From contig CAVYNY010000020.1 in NCBI GenBank assembly GCA_963769935.1, forward strand, positions 32,001 through 96,000: a DNA stretch of 64,000 nucleotides, read 5' to 3'. The stretch comes from an uncultured delta proteobacterium. GTDB taxonomy: Bacteria; Desulfobacterota; Desulfobacteria; Desulfobacterales; JAFDCJ01. Positions 19,818 to 28,922 of the stretch are shown one piece after another (position 1 is the first letter of the stretch; each line of letters starts with the position of its first letter). The notes under the pieces are model-generated. The model was not told the origin of the DNA. It saw only the letters and a program-made list of their open reading frames with translations, and made no database searches. A program made the position numbers and the translations under genes.

Positions 19818-20303
19818 ATGAAACGCAATAACTCAATCGGCAAAAAGAAAATGCTGGATCAACTCGATTGTCAGATGATCGAATTGCTGCAAAAGGACGG
19901 CCGTGTTTCGAACACCGAAATTGCCAAAAAAATAGGCATTTCAGAAGCAACCGTCCGGACGCGTCTGAACCGCTTGATAGATGAAGGATATATTCAGATC
20001 GTGGCGGTGAGCAATCCGATAAAGCTGGGTTTTAAAATTGTGGGGAATATTCGCATTCATGTTGAAATCAAAAAAATGGGTTTGATCATAAAGGAGCTGA
20101 AAAAATTAAAGCCCTTGTGGTTTATTGTCCAAACCACCGGCGGGACGGGAATCGATACGGAATTTGTGGCAAAATCCCTGGATGAGCTAAATGAGCTGAT
20201 TTTTGACAAGATCAACAAAATCGATGGGGTCATCAAGACGGAAACATCTTTGTTCCTGAATTATATCAAAAGGCAGTACGACTGGGGGACGGCGCTGTAT
20301 TAG
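19818..20303 (+). CDS. Lrp/AsnC transcriptional regulator
   Basis: LDQLD..IELLQKDGR.SNTEIAKKIGISEATVRTR; C-terminal RAM domain. Confidence 0.93.
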   Translation: MKRNNSIGKKKMLDQLDCQMIELLQKDGRVSNTEIAKKIGISEATVRTRLNRLIDEGYIQIVAVSNPIKLGFKIVGNIRIHVEIKKMGLIIKELKKLKPLWFIVQTTGGTGIDTEFVAKSLDELNELIFDKINKIDGVIKTETSLFLNYIKRQYDWGTALY

Positions 20304-20363
20304 GAACAGGGGTTGCATTTACCCCTTATTATCCGACGAACACATAAGAGACACTATCGTCAA

Positions 20364-20456
20364 ATGGCAAAGCGCAGAGAGCAAAGCGCATAGCGTTTGA
20401 AAAACGGATTTTTTTACTTTTCTTTACCCGGTGCCCCATGCCCTGTGCGCTCTGCC
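20364..20456. repeat. Inverted 7/14-bp array pair (GCAAAGCGCAKAG)
   Basis: gcaaagcgcagagagcaaagcgcatagcg, then ccatgccctgtgcgctctgcc; related to 14876-14904 and 44615-44650. Confidence 0.65.
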
Positions 20457-20527
20457 TTTTCGCATGCTAAGAATTTTATCGACTCTGAGCGGTATCAGGT
20501 AAAGGTTTATTTTTTCACTATTTCGCG

Positions 20528-20839
20528 TCAGGCGCCTCCGATCCCGTATTCCGGCTCCCCCATCGCACCCCAGACCTCTTTCCATTTGCCTCGCATTTGA
20601 GTCATCGTATCATCAATCGCGGCTTCATCGGAAGACCATTCGGACGGGCACGCCTTTTCAAGGGACTTTATCCGTGCATTGAGTTCATCCACCATCGAAT
20701 TCAATTCCCGTACCATCGGGGCAACTCTATATTTTTCACTGTCCGGCAGCGACTCGGTTTTGCGAATCACGTCGTACAATTTGGCTTTCCAGCCGTTCAG
20801 CTCTATTCCAATGCTGTCACAATAGGATTTGACATCCAT
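20528..20839 (-). CDS. Hypothetical helical protein, 103 aa
   Basis: AAGGAG RBS before MDVKSYCD; coiled-coil-like composition. Confidence 0.75.
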   Translation of the reverse strand: MDVKSYCDSIGIELNGWKAKLYDVIRKTESLPDSEKYRVAPMVRELNSMVDELNARIKSLEKACPSEWSSDEAAIDDTMTQMRGKWKEVWGAMGEPEYGIGGA

Positions 20840-21036
20840 AGTTTTCTCCTTTTGAGAAAAGTCAGTTATTATCTGCCGGTTTTCAACGGGCGATTCGGCC
20901 GCCGGCAGATTTTTACTTAACTTAATTCTTCCAGGGGGTATGTCAATCATGGACGAATATGACAATTGGTTAATTGGTTGAGCATACCCGGCAATACCGC
21001 AATTAACAGCTTCAAGTCCGGGCAAAGTCAGAAGCA

Positions 21037-21090
21037 TTCCGACAGAACTTGGAATTCCGACAGAACTCGGAATTCTGATAGTGCTTGAAG
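21037..21090. promoter_or_regulatory. Three tandem 18-bp palindromes (TTCCGA-N6-TCGGAA), candidate enhancer-binding sites
   Basis: ttccgacagaacttggaa ttccgacagaactcggaa ttctgatagtgcttgaag. Confidence 0.6.
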
Positions 21091-21254
21091 GGTGACCAAA
21101 ATAGAGGTTTTGTCCTTCCTATCATATTGTTTCATATTAGTAATATTATAGATGGCTTAGTTGCCTTGAACCCAGTGAGAAACCCGTAAAAGCGATTGCG
21201 GGCAGGAACTTGCAATTCCTATAACGCCTGCTGAAATTTCCTAATTTTATTAAA

Positions 21255-21289
21255 TATCAACAGGTTATAAGATTGGCAATCTCTTTGCA
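21255..21289 (+). promoter_or_regulatory. IHF site plus sigma54 -24/-12 promoter
   Basis: TATCAAcaggTTA matches WATCAANNNNTTR; TTGGCAATCTCTTTGCA has GG-N10-GC. Confidence 0.75.
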
Positions 21290-21386
21290 TCATACACGCT
21301 AAGATCATTTAATCGGCCCGGTGCCCGGGATCCGATAGTTTCAAAACTTGATCTCAAAAACAATTCAAAAGCAAGGAGAAGTTAAG

Positions 21387-21671
21387 ATGAGAAAAAAGAG
21401 CATTATCGGGATGAGTATATTGGTCGTATTCATGGCAGCGCTGTTTGTCGGCGCCGTTTGGGCCGCCGATTCCATGACGATTGTTGGAACCGTCAGTGAC
21501 GACGGCAATATTGTCGATGAAAGCGGGAAGGTCTATGCGATCGGCGAAAATGACAAATCAGCTGAAGTTTCCGAACAGTCGGGCAAAAAGGTTGAGGTGA
21601 AAGGCACGGTGGAAGAGGGCACCGGCGGAAACCAGACGATAATGATCGAAAGTTATAAAGTCGTCGAATAA
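21387..21671 (+). CDS. Small secreted beta-rich (OB-fold-like) protein
   Basis: AAGGAG RBS; signal peptide ending VWA; GKKVEVKGTVEE. Confidence 0.8.
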   Translation: MRKKSIIGMSILVVFMAALFVGAVWAADSMTIVGTVSDDGNIVDESGKVYAIGENDKSAEVSEQSGKKVEVKGTVEEGTGGNQTIMIESYKVVE

Positions 21672-21697
21672 CGCTGCGTTTTAAGTGCGTTAGGATT

Positions 21698-21728
21698 ATG
21701 GGGGGGTTAAATTCCCCCCATTTTTTTT
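21698..21728 (+). terminator. Intrinsic terminator
   Basis: ATGGGGGG/CCCCCCAT stem followed by T-run. Confidence 0.85.
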
Positions 21729-21769
21729 GCTCCTATTTTCCCCAACTCGGATCCGCCAGAGGCGGAGAA

Positions 21770-21908
21770 CCAAAAAAGAAATTAATCACGAAAGCACGAA
21801 GGGACGAAAACACGAAAAGGAAAGAAGATAATTTTCGTGCTTTTTTATAGATTTCGTATTTTCGTGATAAAAATATTTTTTCATAAAATGCAAATAAGTC
21901 ACAATTGA
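21770..21908. repeat. ACGAAA-unit dispersed element (family C, copy 1)
   Basis: aattaatcacgaaagcacgaa...tttcgtgataaaaatatttt; inverted homolog at 41221-41350. Confidence 0.8.
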
Positions 21909-21960
21909 GAAATTAATTCGCTATGAGGGTGCACGGAAATTGCATTCAGCGGTCGAGGCC

Positions 21961-23070
21961 TCATAGGGTGAACGGACGGTCGGCTCCCGCGACCACCATA
22001 TCCCGAAATGTTTCAGGATTCCGTCGGTAGATTCCGATAGCGGTCTTAAACCCCATGGTTCTGACAGCGTCGATTCCCTTTTGTAGATAGCGGTACCTTG
22101 GCAGGCTGCACTTGGCGTGAACGGATCTTTTAATTTCGGCCGGGGGAAAACCGGCTATGTATCTGGACACTACCCGCGGGAAGAAAATTTCGACCAACCC
22201 CCCAACCATGGCCTCTTCAACTGAGATCCAGTCGTCGACAATCTGTTCAACTTCCCGGTGTGATTTTTTTTTAAGAGCGTACAATTGTTTCCGGATAGCC
22301 GCTTCCGTGTTGCGGCGGAGGGCAATGTGCAGGGTCTCTTCGATGGGGACGGTCAGGGCATTGTAGGGCAGCTCCGCACTGTTCTGCCAAATGGTATACC
22401 GATTCGGCGTAAATTTTACCGTTCCGTCATCTTGAATTTCCAACATCGATGAATACGATCCGATTTCACCAATATATTTCCTGCCGCGCAGGGAGACTTT
22501 GACTTCTTTCTCGTGTTTTTCGTTGAAAAATGAATAGGTCCCAACATATTCTCGCGCCAGATTATGTACCAGAAAGACCGTCACGCCCTTGTCATGAGGG
22601 ATTTCGGGCTTGGGATGATCCAAGGTTTCGATGTTCGTATAGGGATTATCGAGTTTGGTTTCACCCAATATGAAATCAATCACATCATGACAGTATTCTT
22701 CGTATAAAGCTGCATATTCTTCCCGGGTTTCCGGTACGTACAGCAGCCGCTGTTCAAAATCATCCAGCTTCCACTGCAAATGCTTCCCGCCGAGGTCCTT
22801 TCGAATTTTTTTGATCAATTCCCTGCGGTTATTGAAATATGCCAGAGTGCTTTGGTGGTCGACCTGATCAAATCGTTTCACAAAATCATTAAAAGGGTAT
22901 ACCGGGGTGGAGCGGTCCTCCAGCCGCATGAGTTCGACCAGGCGGGAATAGTCTGCACAAGGCTGGCGGGGGGACAACAGGTTGCAGGAAAATAAAAATA
23001 GGGCACCCAAAAGGATGGCCGCAATCTGAAAAATAATTTTTTGATTAAACCGTTTCCGATCTCCGTTCAT
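21961..23070 (-). CDS. Hypothetical lipoprotein
   Basis: 369-aa ORF with lipobox-like LFSC. Confidence 0.75.
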   Translation of the reverse strand: MNGDRKRFNQKIIFQIAAILLGALFLFSCNLLSPRQPCADYSRLVELMRLEDRSTPVYPFNDFVKRFDQVDHQSTLAYFNNRRELIKKIRKDLGGKHLQWKLDDFEQRLLYVPETREEYAALYEEYCHDVIDFILGETKLDNPYTNIETLDHPKPEIPHDKGVTVFLVHNLAREYVGTYSFFNEKHEKEVKVSLRGRKYIGEIGSYSSMLEIQDDGTVKFTPNRYTIWQNSAELPYNALTVPIEETLHIALRRNTEAAIRKQLYALKKKSHREVEQIVDDWISVEEAMVGGLVEIFFPRVVSRYIAGFPPAEIKRSVHAKCSLPRYRYLQKGIDAVRTMGFKTAIGIYRRNPETFRDMVVAGADRPFTL

Positions 23071-23670
23071 GCGAATGCGCGAAAAACAACCTCCACTGGA
23101 ATAATTTCAGTCCCCAAACTATCTTCGTCCATATTCGTCGAAAACTTAATTTAATTTTAACGAAATTTTGATAAAAATTAAAGCTTCCGGCTCTCCCGTC
23201 TTTATTCCAATATTTCATGGGTTCTCTGGCGGCCAATACCACCCTTCTCTCCGAGCTGCGGGCTTGCGAGCCGGAAGCTGGGGTGAAGTCAAAGCCTGGC
23301 CCTTTGGGCCAGGCTTGCCGGAAATTTCTTAACCTGTCCATCTGCAGCCGGCTTCTCATCCGGACCTATACCATTTTCGCCGGCCAGTAGGTCCTGAGAT
23401 TCATTTTTGCTTGACTTTCATATGATACCTCCCATATATAGCCAGGTTATTAAGAAAGCTGCTGCAAGGACGCCAGCGAAATATTTTCTCTCATTCCAAG
23501 AGCTTTCATCATAGCCGTCAACGTTTTTCTTGTCCGGATCGAACGCACAACTGGCGGTCCGGTGAGAAAAGATGCAGAAATTATACTAAATCCTACTACC
23601 GGCGCTTTTGCCAACGATTTATTTTTCAATTGCTTTTGCCCATAAAATTGAGGAGGAAGGAGAAGAGCAC

Positions 23671-25311
23671 ATGGACATTATCAGAGAGGTTGACGGCAGA
23701 TTTGAGCTGACTCAGGAGCTTCCACGGAGCCAGTTCTACAACAGGGACCTGGCGCCGGTTAGCTTGGAAAAGAGAACCTGGGGCTACTATGAGTATTTTT
23801 CCATGTGGGTGGGCATGAGCGTCTGCGTACCCACCTGGATGCTCGCCGCCAGCATGATCGCAGCAGGATTTGACTGGCTCACGTGCGTGTTCACCATTTT
23901 TCTGGGCAATGCCATCGTCCTGGGCCCCATGGTCCTGGATTCCTTTGCCGGGGCCAAGTACGGTATCCCCTTTCCGGTGTTCCTGAGGTCGAGCTTCGGA
24001 CTTTTCGGCGCCAACATTCCAGCCTTGATCAGGGGGGTCATCGCTTGCGGATGGTTCGGCATCCAGACAATGATTATGGCCTTTGCCATCGATGGAATTC
24101 TGGTGGCACTTTTCCCCTCCTACGCAAACATGAAGGGCATCGTTCCGTTCTTCAGCCTCCAATCCCATGTAGTGTTATCTTTTCTCGCGTCGTGGCTGAT
24201 GACGGTCGTTATTTGTTACGTTTCCCCGCCCCATAAAGCATCGCCGGGCATCAAATGGCTAAACGACCTGTCTTCACCGATTCTCATTGTGATCGGTGTC
24301 GGGCTGCTTATTTGGGCGGTTTCCAAGTCCGGAGGATGGGGACCCATTTTAACGCAGAAACGCACGGCCTCCTGGTCGGCGTGGCCTGCATTTCTGACGG
24401 CCATGGTTGCATACTGGTCGACGCTGGCCATCAACATCCCGGACCTGACGAGATTCGCAAAAAATCAGAAGGTGCAGTACCTAGGGCAGACATTCGGCTT
24501 ACCCCCGACCATGACGGCCTATTCGTTCATCGGCGTCGCAGTCACCTCCGCCACCGTCGTCATTTACGGATCGGCGATCTGGGATCCGGTGCAGCTTATG
24601 ATCAAGACGGGCATCCCCTTTTTCATTTTTGTCGGGCTCGTCTTTGTAATCCTGGCAACCCTTACCACCAACATTACCGCCAACATGGTCTCCCCCATAA
24701 ACGACTTCATGAATCTAATGCCCAAAATCCTTAATTGGGAACGGTCAACCATTGTGATCGCCCTGATCGGCGTGCTCATGCAGCCGTGGAGATTTTTAGC
24801 GGATCCCAAAGCCTACATATGGACATGGCTGCTTGGATATGGTGCCTTCACGGGAGGAATTGCCGGAGTCATCATTTGCGATTACTGGATTGTAAGAAAA
24901 CAGAACCTGAAGCTGCACGACATTTACATCAGGGAAGGCTACTACAATTTTGCCGGGGGCAAAACGAGCTGGATTGCGGTCATTTATGCGCTGATTCTGC
25001 TGGCAGCAACGATCGTTCTCTGGGCAAGCGGTGCTATCCTCGGGGAAGGCTGGCCTTCGACGCTTACCACACTGGTACTGGTGCTCGGCCTGATAGCCGG
25101 TATTGTCATGTATATCAGCAAAACCAAGGGAGTGAATTTTGCCGGAGTGCTGGCGCTGTTCTCAGGTGTGGTGGGCTCCCTCGTTCTTTCCCAGATCAGC
25201 ACCGTTTTATCCCAGTGGACGTGGTTTACGGGGGGGGGCATCGGTTTCATTGGCTATTATTTGCTGTACAAATACTGGTATGAAAAGCATTTTCCGGCCG
25301 TCCCCGATTGA
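23671..25311 (+). CDS. NCS1 nucleobase:cation symporter
   Basis: WVGMSVCVP, GAKYGIPFPV.LRSSFG, GWFGIQ, NIPDLTRF, QPW. Confidence 0.93.
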   Translation: MDIIREVDGRFELTQELPRSQFYNRDLAPVSLEKRTWGYYEYFSMWVGMSVCVPTWMLAASMIAAGFDWLTCVFTIFLGNAIVLGPMVLDSFAGAKYGIPFPVFLRSSFGLFGANIPALIRGVIACGWFGIQTMIMAFAIDGILVALFPSYANMKGIVPFFSLQSHVVLSFLASWLMTVVICYVSPPHKASPGIKWLNDLSSPILIVIGVGLLIWAVSKSGGWGPILTQKRTASWSAWPAFLTAMVAYWSTLAINIPDLTRFAKNQKVQYLGQTFGLPPTMTAYSFIGVAVTSATVVIYGSAIWDPVQLMIKTGIPFFIFVGLVFVILATLTTNITANMVSPINDFMNLMPKILNWERSTIVIALIGVLMQPWRFLADPKAYIWTWLLGYGAFTGGIAGVIICDYWIVRKQNLKLHDIYIREGYYNFAGGKTSWIAVIYALILLAATIVLWASGAILGEGWPSTLTTLVLVLGLIAGIVMYISKTKGVNFAGVLALFSGVVGSLVLSQISTVLSQWTWFTGGGIGFIGYYLLYKYWYEKHFPAVPD

Positions 25312-25961
25312 TTAACCCGATGGCCAATTTTTTTTTAATGAACCCATATGTGAGGATTTTCCTTATATTAGCGTGCTTTGGAATTTTTCACAGCCTCACG
25401 GCCAAAGAGAGAGTAAAGGAGGCGATTCGCTCGAAACTAGGCATGGGCGACCCGGCATACGCGGTTGCCCGTGCATCGATCTCACTGTCGGTGCTTGTTC
25501 TCTCGATTGTGGCTCTATTTAACGGTGCGAACACCACGAAGGCGCTTTTTAGCCCGATCCACGGCCTGCCGGCAATCGTTCCGACGATGTTTGCCTTTTG
25601 GATCGCGATGATGGCGCTAGGGCAGGTCGCCAAGGGGCGCTGCCTGCCCCAGTTTTTTGGTTTGCAAGAATACCCGAAGCTTTTTTTCTTTTCAGGTGCC
25701 TACAGCATATGCCGGCATCCCATGTATACAGGCTGGCTGATCGCAAGCTGGGGGATTGTCATGAGCAAGCCTTACCTGCTCACCCTGTTTTATAACATAC
25801 TTATTACCTTATTCGTCGTCCATGAATCTCGGCAGGAAGAAAAACGGATGACCGAGCTGTTCGGCGACAGGTACCTGGTCTACAAAAAGAAAATACCGTT
25901 TCTGCTCCCCTATGGCTTTCTTAAAAAGGAAATTCGGGAATATGGCGCTCCAAAATTTTAG
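25308..25961 (+). CDS. Isoprenylcysteine methyltransferase/NnrU-like membrane protein (start uncertain)
   Basis: GAYSICRHPMY, EEKRM..LFGDRY..Y...IP. Confidence 0.75.
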   Translation: MINPMANFFLMNPYVRIFLILACFGIFHSLTAKERVKEAIRSKLGMGDPAYAVARASISLSVLVLSIVALFNGANTTKALFSPIHGLPAIVPTMFAFWIAMMALGQVAKGRCLPQFFGLQEYPKLFFFSGAYSICRHPMYTGWLIASWGIVMSKPYLLTLFYNILITLFVVHESRQEEKRMTELFGDRYLVYKKKIPFLLPYGFLKKEIREYGAPKF

Positions 25962-26006
25962 ATAAAAGCGAATCCCCGCCGAATGGACAAACAGGCTGCA
26001 GGCATG

Positions 26007-26876
26007 TTAACCATGCGTTCGAGTCAATTCGGTATACATATCGGGGCGTAGATCCCGGAAAAACTGCCAGCCGTCCCGCACCTCCCGGATTTCTTCCAGA
26101 TTCAGATCGGCCATGACGACCTCATCCTTGTCCTCGCTGCCTTTGACAAGCATTTCCCCCCGGGGATTGACAAAATAGCTGGACCCGTAGAACCTTCCAA
26201 ATTCCCATGGCTTCTCAAGTCCGATGCGGTTGTTGGCTCCGATAAAGACACCGTTGGCTACGGCCTGGGCCGGCTGCTCCAGCTGCCATAAGTATTGGGA
26301 TTTTCCGGCGGTGGTGGCTGAAGGGTTAAATAAAATTTCAGCGCCCTTCAACGCCAGCAGCCGGGCACACTCCGGAAAGTGCCGATCATAGCAGATATAA
26401 ATGCCGATCTTGGCATAGGTGGTCTCAAAAACCGGAAATCCCAGATTGCCCGGTTTGAAATAAAACTTCTCCCAAAATCCCGGCCACGTATGCGGAATAT
26501 GAATCTTTCTGAATTTACCCAGATAAGTGCCGTCGGCATCAACGACGGCGGCTGTGTTGAAATAGACACCATCCATCTCCATCTCATAAACCGGTATAAT
26601 CATCACCATCTGGTATTTGCGGGCATATTCACTCAGTCGTTCTACGGTCGGTCCCGGAACGGTTTCGGCCGTCGCGTACCACTTGATGTCCTGTTCGGCG
26701 CAGAAATACGGTCCGTGAAAGATTTCCTGGAGACATAGAATTTGAACGCCTTTTTTTCCCGCTTCATCGATGAGCGGCAGGTGCTTTTGGATCATGGCCT
26801 CCTTGATTTCGGCGGGCGTACCTTCATGCCTGGCATTGGCGGCCTGGATATGGGCGCATTTTACGATTCTGGACAT
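26007..26876 (-). CDS. Nitrilase-family beta-ureidopropionase
   Basis: E-K-C triad (LQEIF, RKIHIP, ICYDRHFPE); FWEKFYF; pyrimidine gene context. Confidence 0.88.
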   Translation of the reverse strand: MSRIVKCAHIQAANARHEGTPAEIKEAMIQKHLPLIDEAGKKGVQILCLQEIFHGPYFCAEQDIKWYATAETVPGPTVERLSEYARKYQMVMIIPVYEMEMDGVYFNTAAVVDADGTYLGKFRKIHIPHTWPGFWEKFYFKPGNLGFPVFETTYAKIGIYICYDRHFPECARLLALKGAEILFNPSATTAGKSQYLWQLEQPAQAVANGVFIGANNRIGLEKPWEFGRFYGSSYFVNPRGEMLVKGSEDKDEVVMADLNLEEIREVRDGWQFFRDLRPDMYTELTRTHG

Positions 26877-27249
26877 ACATTCCCCCTTTCCCGAAATCCG
26901 CTGTCGTCATTTTTCCTTTTCGGGCCGGCAGCGGTTAAATTTTGCAATGATTTTTTAATTTTGAAGCAGTCAACGCTTTCAGTGTTTTACTACCTGTTAT
27001 GTCTTTTTATTTTCATGTGGCCGGTGTTAAATAAAATGATAAATATGCGCAGCATAAAGTAACTAAGCCGCCGAGCCTGCGGTCGAACGACTTTCTTCGA
27101 TTTTCAAAGAACCATTCACTATCCTGAATACACTATTTTTCAGGGCGGATTAATTAGCAGTCTTATATTGGCAACCATTAGATAGGTCAAGTCTTTTATG
27201 AGATCGCCGAAATTTTATGAACATGCATTATTATTCGAATTGTTAATAA

Positions 27250-27278
27250 TTGACAATTACCCCTGAAACGTCTAAACT
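27250..27278 (+). promoter_or_regulatory. Sigma70 promoter of preTA-hydA
   Basis: TTGACA, 17-bp spacer, TAAACT. Confidence 0.7.
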
Positions 27279-27317
27279 TTATGCCTTATTTAATGAAAGT
27301 CAAAAGGAGGAAAATCC

Positions 27318-28670
27318 GTGAGCAATGCTGAAAAGTTTAAGCAGATGCGAAAAGGGTTTGACCTGATCCAGGCGGTAGCCGAAGCCGATCGCTGTCTGCT
27401 CTGTCATGATGCCCCTTGTTCCCAAGGCTGCCCGGCTGATACCCGGCCGGCTGAATTCATCCGCAAATTGCGTTTTAAAAACATTACGGGGGCAATTCGC
27501 ACAATTAAACAAAACAACATCTTAGGGGGCGCCTGCGGTGTGCTTTGCCCGACTGCCCGCCTGTGCGAGGAAAAGTGCAGTGCGATGTTCAAAGCCCAAA
27601 ATCGTCCGGAAGGAGCCGACCGGCCCATCCAGATCGGCAAAATCCAGCGATTTTTAATTGAACATTCATGGCAACGGGGGGTTAAGGCTTTCAGCAAGCC
27701 GGCAGAGCGCGGCGAAAAAATCGCCGTGGTGGGCTCCGGACCCGGCGGATTGAGCTGTGCTGCCGAACTTGCCAAAGACGGGTATCAGGTCACAGTCTTT
27801 GAGGCCAAACCGGAACCCGGCGGGGTCCTGCGCTACGGCGTGGTCTCTTACCGCTTTGATAGGAATTTTCTCGAGCATGAGATGGCAGATATCAGGGAGC
27901 TGGGTGTTAAATTCAAATGCAATTCTGCTATCAGTGGGAAAGAGAGTGCGGAGGCCCTCTTAAAAGACGGCTTCGATGCTGTTTTCCTGGCGCCCGGTCT
28001 GTGGGCGGCCGCCAGCCTGAAGTCAAACGGAAGGGACATCGATGGATTGTTTTCCTCCGTGGACTATCTGTCGGCCCTGCGTGACGGGCGCTTTGAAGAA
28101 ATTGAAACGAAAATTCAGGGCAAAACCGTTGCCGTCATCGGCGGTGGGTCGGTGGCTATGGATTGTATCGAGTCAGCCGTGAGACTGGGAGCCAAAGACG
28201 TCTATTTGATCTACCGGCGCTCTTACTCGCAGATGCCGGCGGAATCCGATGAGCGCATCGAGGCCCTGGCAAGCGGGGTTCATTTTCTACTCCTCAATCA
28301 GCCGCTGGATTATTTAACCGATGACCAAAATCGTCTGACGGGATTGAAACTGGTACGCACCCGTCTGGGCGAGCCCGACAAGTCGGGCCGGAGACGGCCG
28401 GAAAATATTGACGGCTCCGAATGGATGATGGATGCGGATGTGGTCATCGAGGCCATCGGCAACATCGCAGCCGAGGAGTCATCCGAATGGTATCCCAATG
28501 TTAATATTGACGCCAAGAGACTTATTCAAGCAGACCCTGCGACCGGCAAAACATCGATTGACGGAATTTTTGCCGGCGGCGATATTGTGCGCGGCCCGGC
28601 CCTTGTGGTTCAAGCGGTTCAGGACGGCAAAGTGGCGGCTGCGGCGATCAAGGATTACCTACAGAAATAG
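27318..28670 (+). CDS. preT: Dihydropyrimidine dehydrogenase subunit (GltD-like)
   Basis: EADRCLLCHDAPC, GSGPGGL, GGGSVAMD; adjacent to preA. Confidence 0.88.
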   Translation: MSNAEKFKQMRKGFDLIQAVAEADRCLLCHDAPCSQGCPADTRPAEFIRKLRFKNITGAIRTIKQNNILGGACGVLCPTARLCEEKCSAMFKAQNRPEGADRPIQIGKIQRFLIEHSWQRGVKAFSKPAERGEKIAVVGSGPGGLSCAAELAKDGYQVTVFEAKPEPGGVLRYGVVSYRFDRNFLEHEMADIRELGVKFKCNSAISGKESAEALLKDGFDAVFLAPGLWAAASLKSNGRDIDGLFSSVDYLSALRDGRFEEIETKIQGKTVAVIGGGSVAMDCIESAVRLGAKDVYLIYRRSYSQMPAESDERIEALASGVHFLLLNQPLDYLTDDQNRLTGLKLVRTRLGEPDKSGRRRPENIDGSEWMMDADVVIEAIGNIAAEESSEWYPNVNIDAKRLIQADPATGKTSIDGIFAGGDIVRGPALVVQAVQDGKVAAAAIKDYLQK

Positions 28671-28880
28671 ATTGAATAGTGAATAATGAAGATTGAATAT
28701 TTGAGGTATCCTATCATTTTATTTTCAGGTGTATATTTAGTCATCCAACTTACAGCATGTGAAAATCGTAAAAGAAGCAAAGATTGCAATTTCTAATGGC
28801 TGCGACAAACAGCATGCAATATAAATAAGACAGACAGAATTCCATAAATATTCAATATACAATCGAAAATATTCAATTCA
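28670..28880. repeat. ATTGAA heptamer inverted-array element (family D) between preT and preA
   Basis: attgaat agtgaat aatgaag attgaat, then aaatattcaatatacaatcgaaaatattcaat. Confidence 0.8.
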
Positions 28881-28922
28881 TTGGCGTTTGCGAAGCAAAC
28901 TCATCAGATAGGAGGCAAACTC

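Noticed and set aside
21037..21090. 18-bp repeats as a mini-CRISPR
   Set aside because: Units are directly adjacent with no spacers.
23340..23400. FMN riboswitch (GTCCGGATGAGAAG on the minus strand)
   Set aside because: The conserved 5' half is absent and no riboflavin gene follows.
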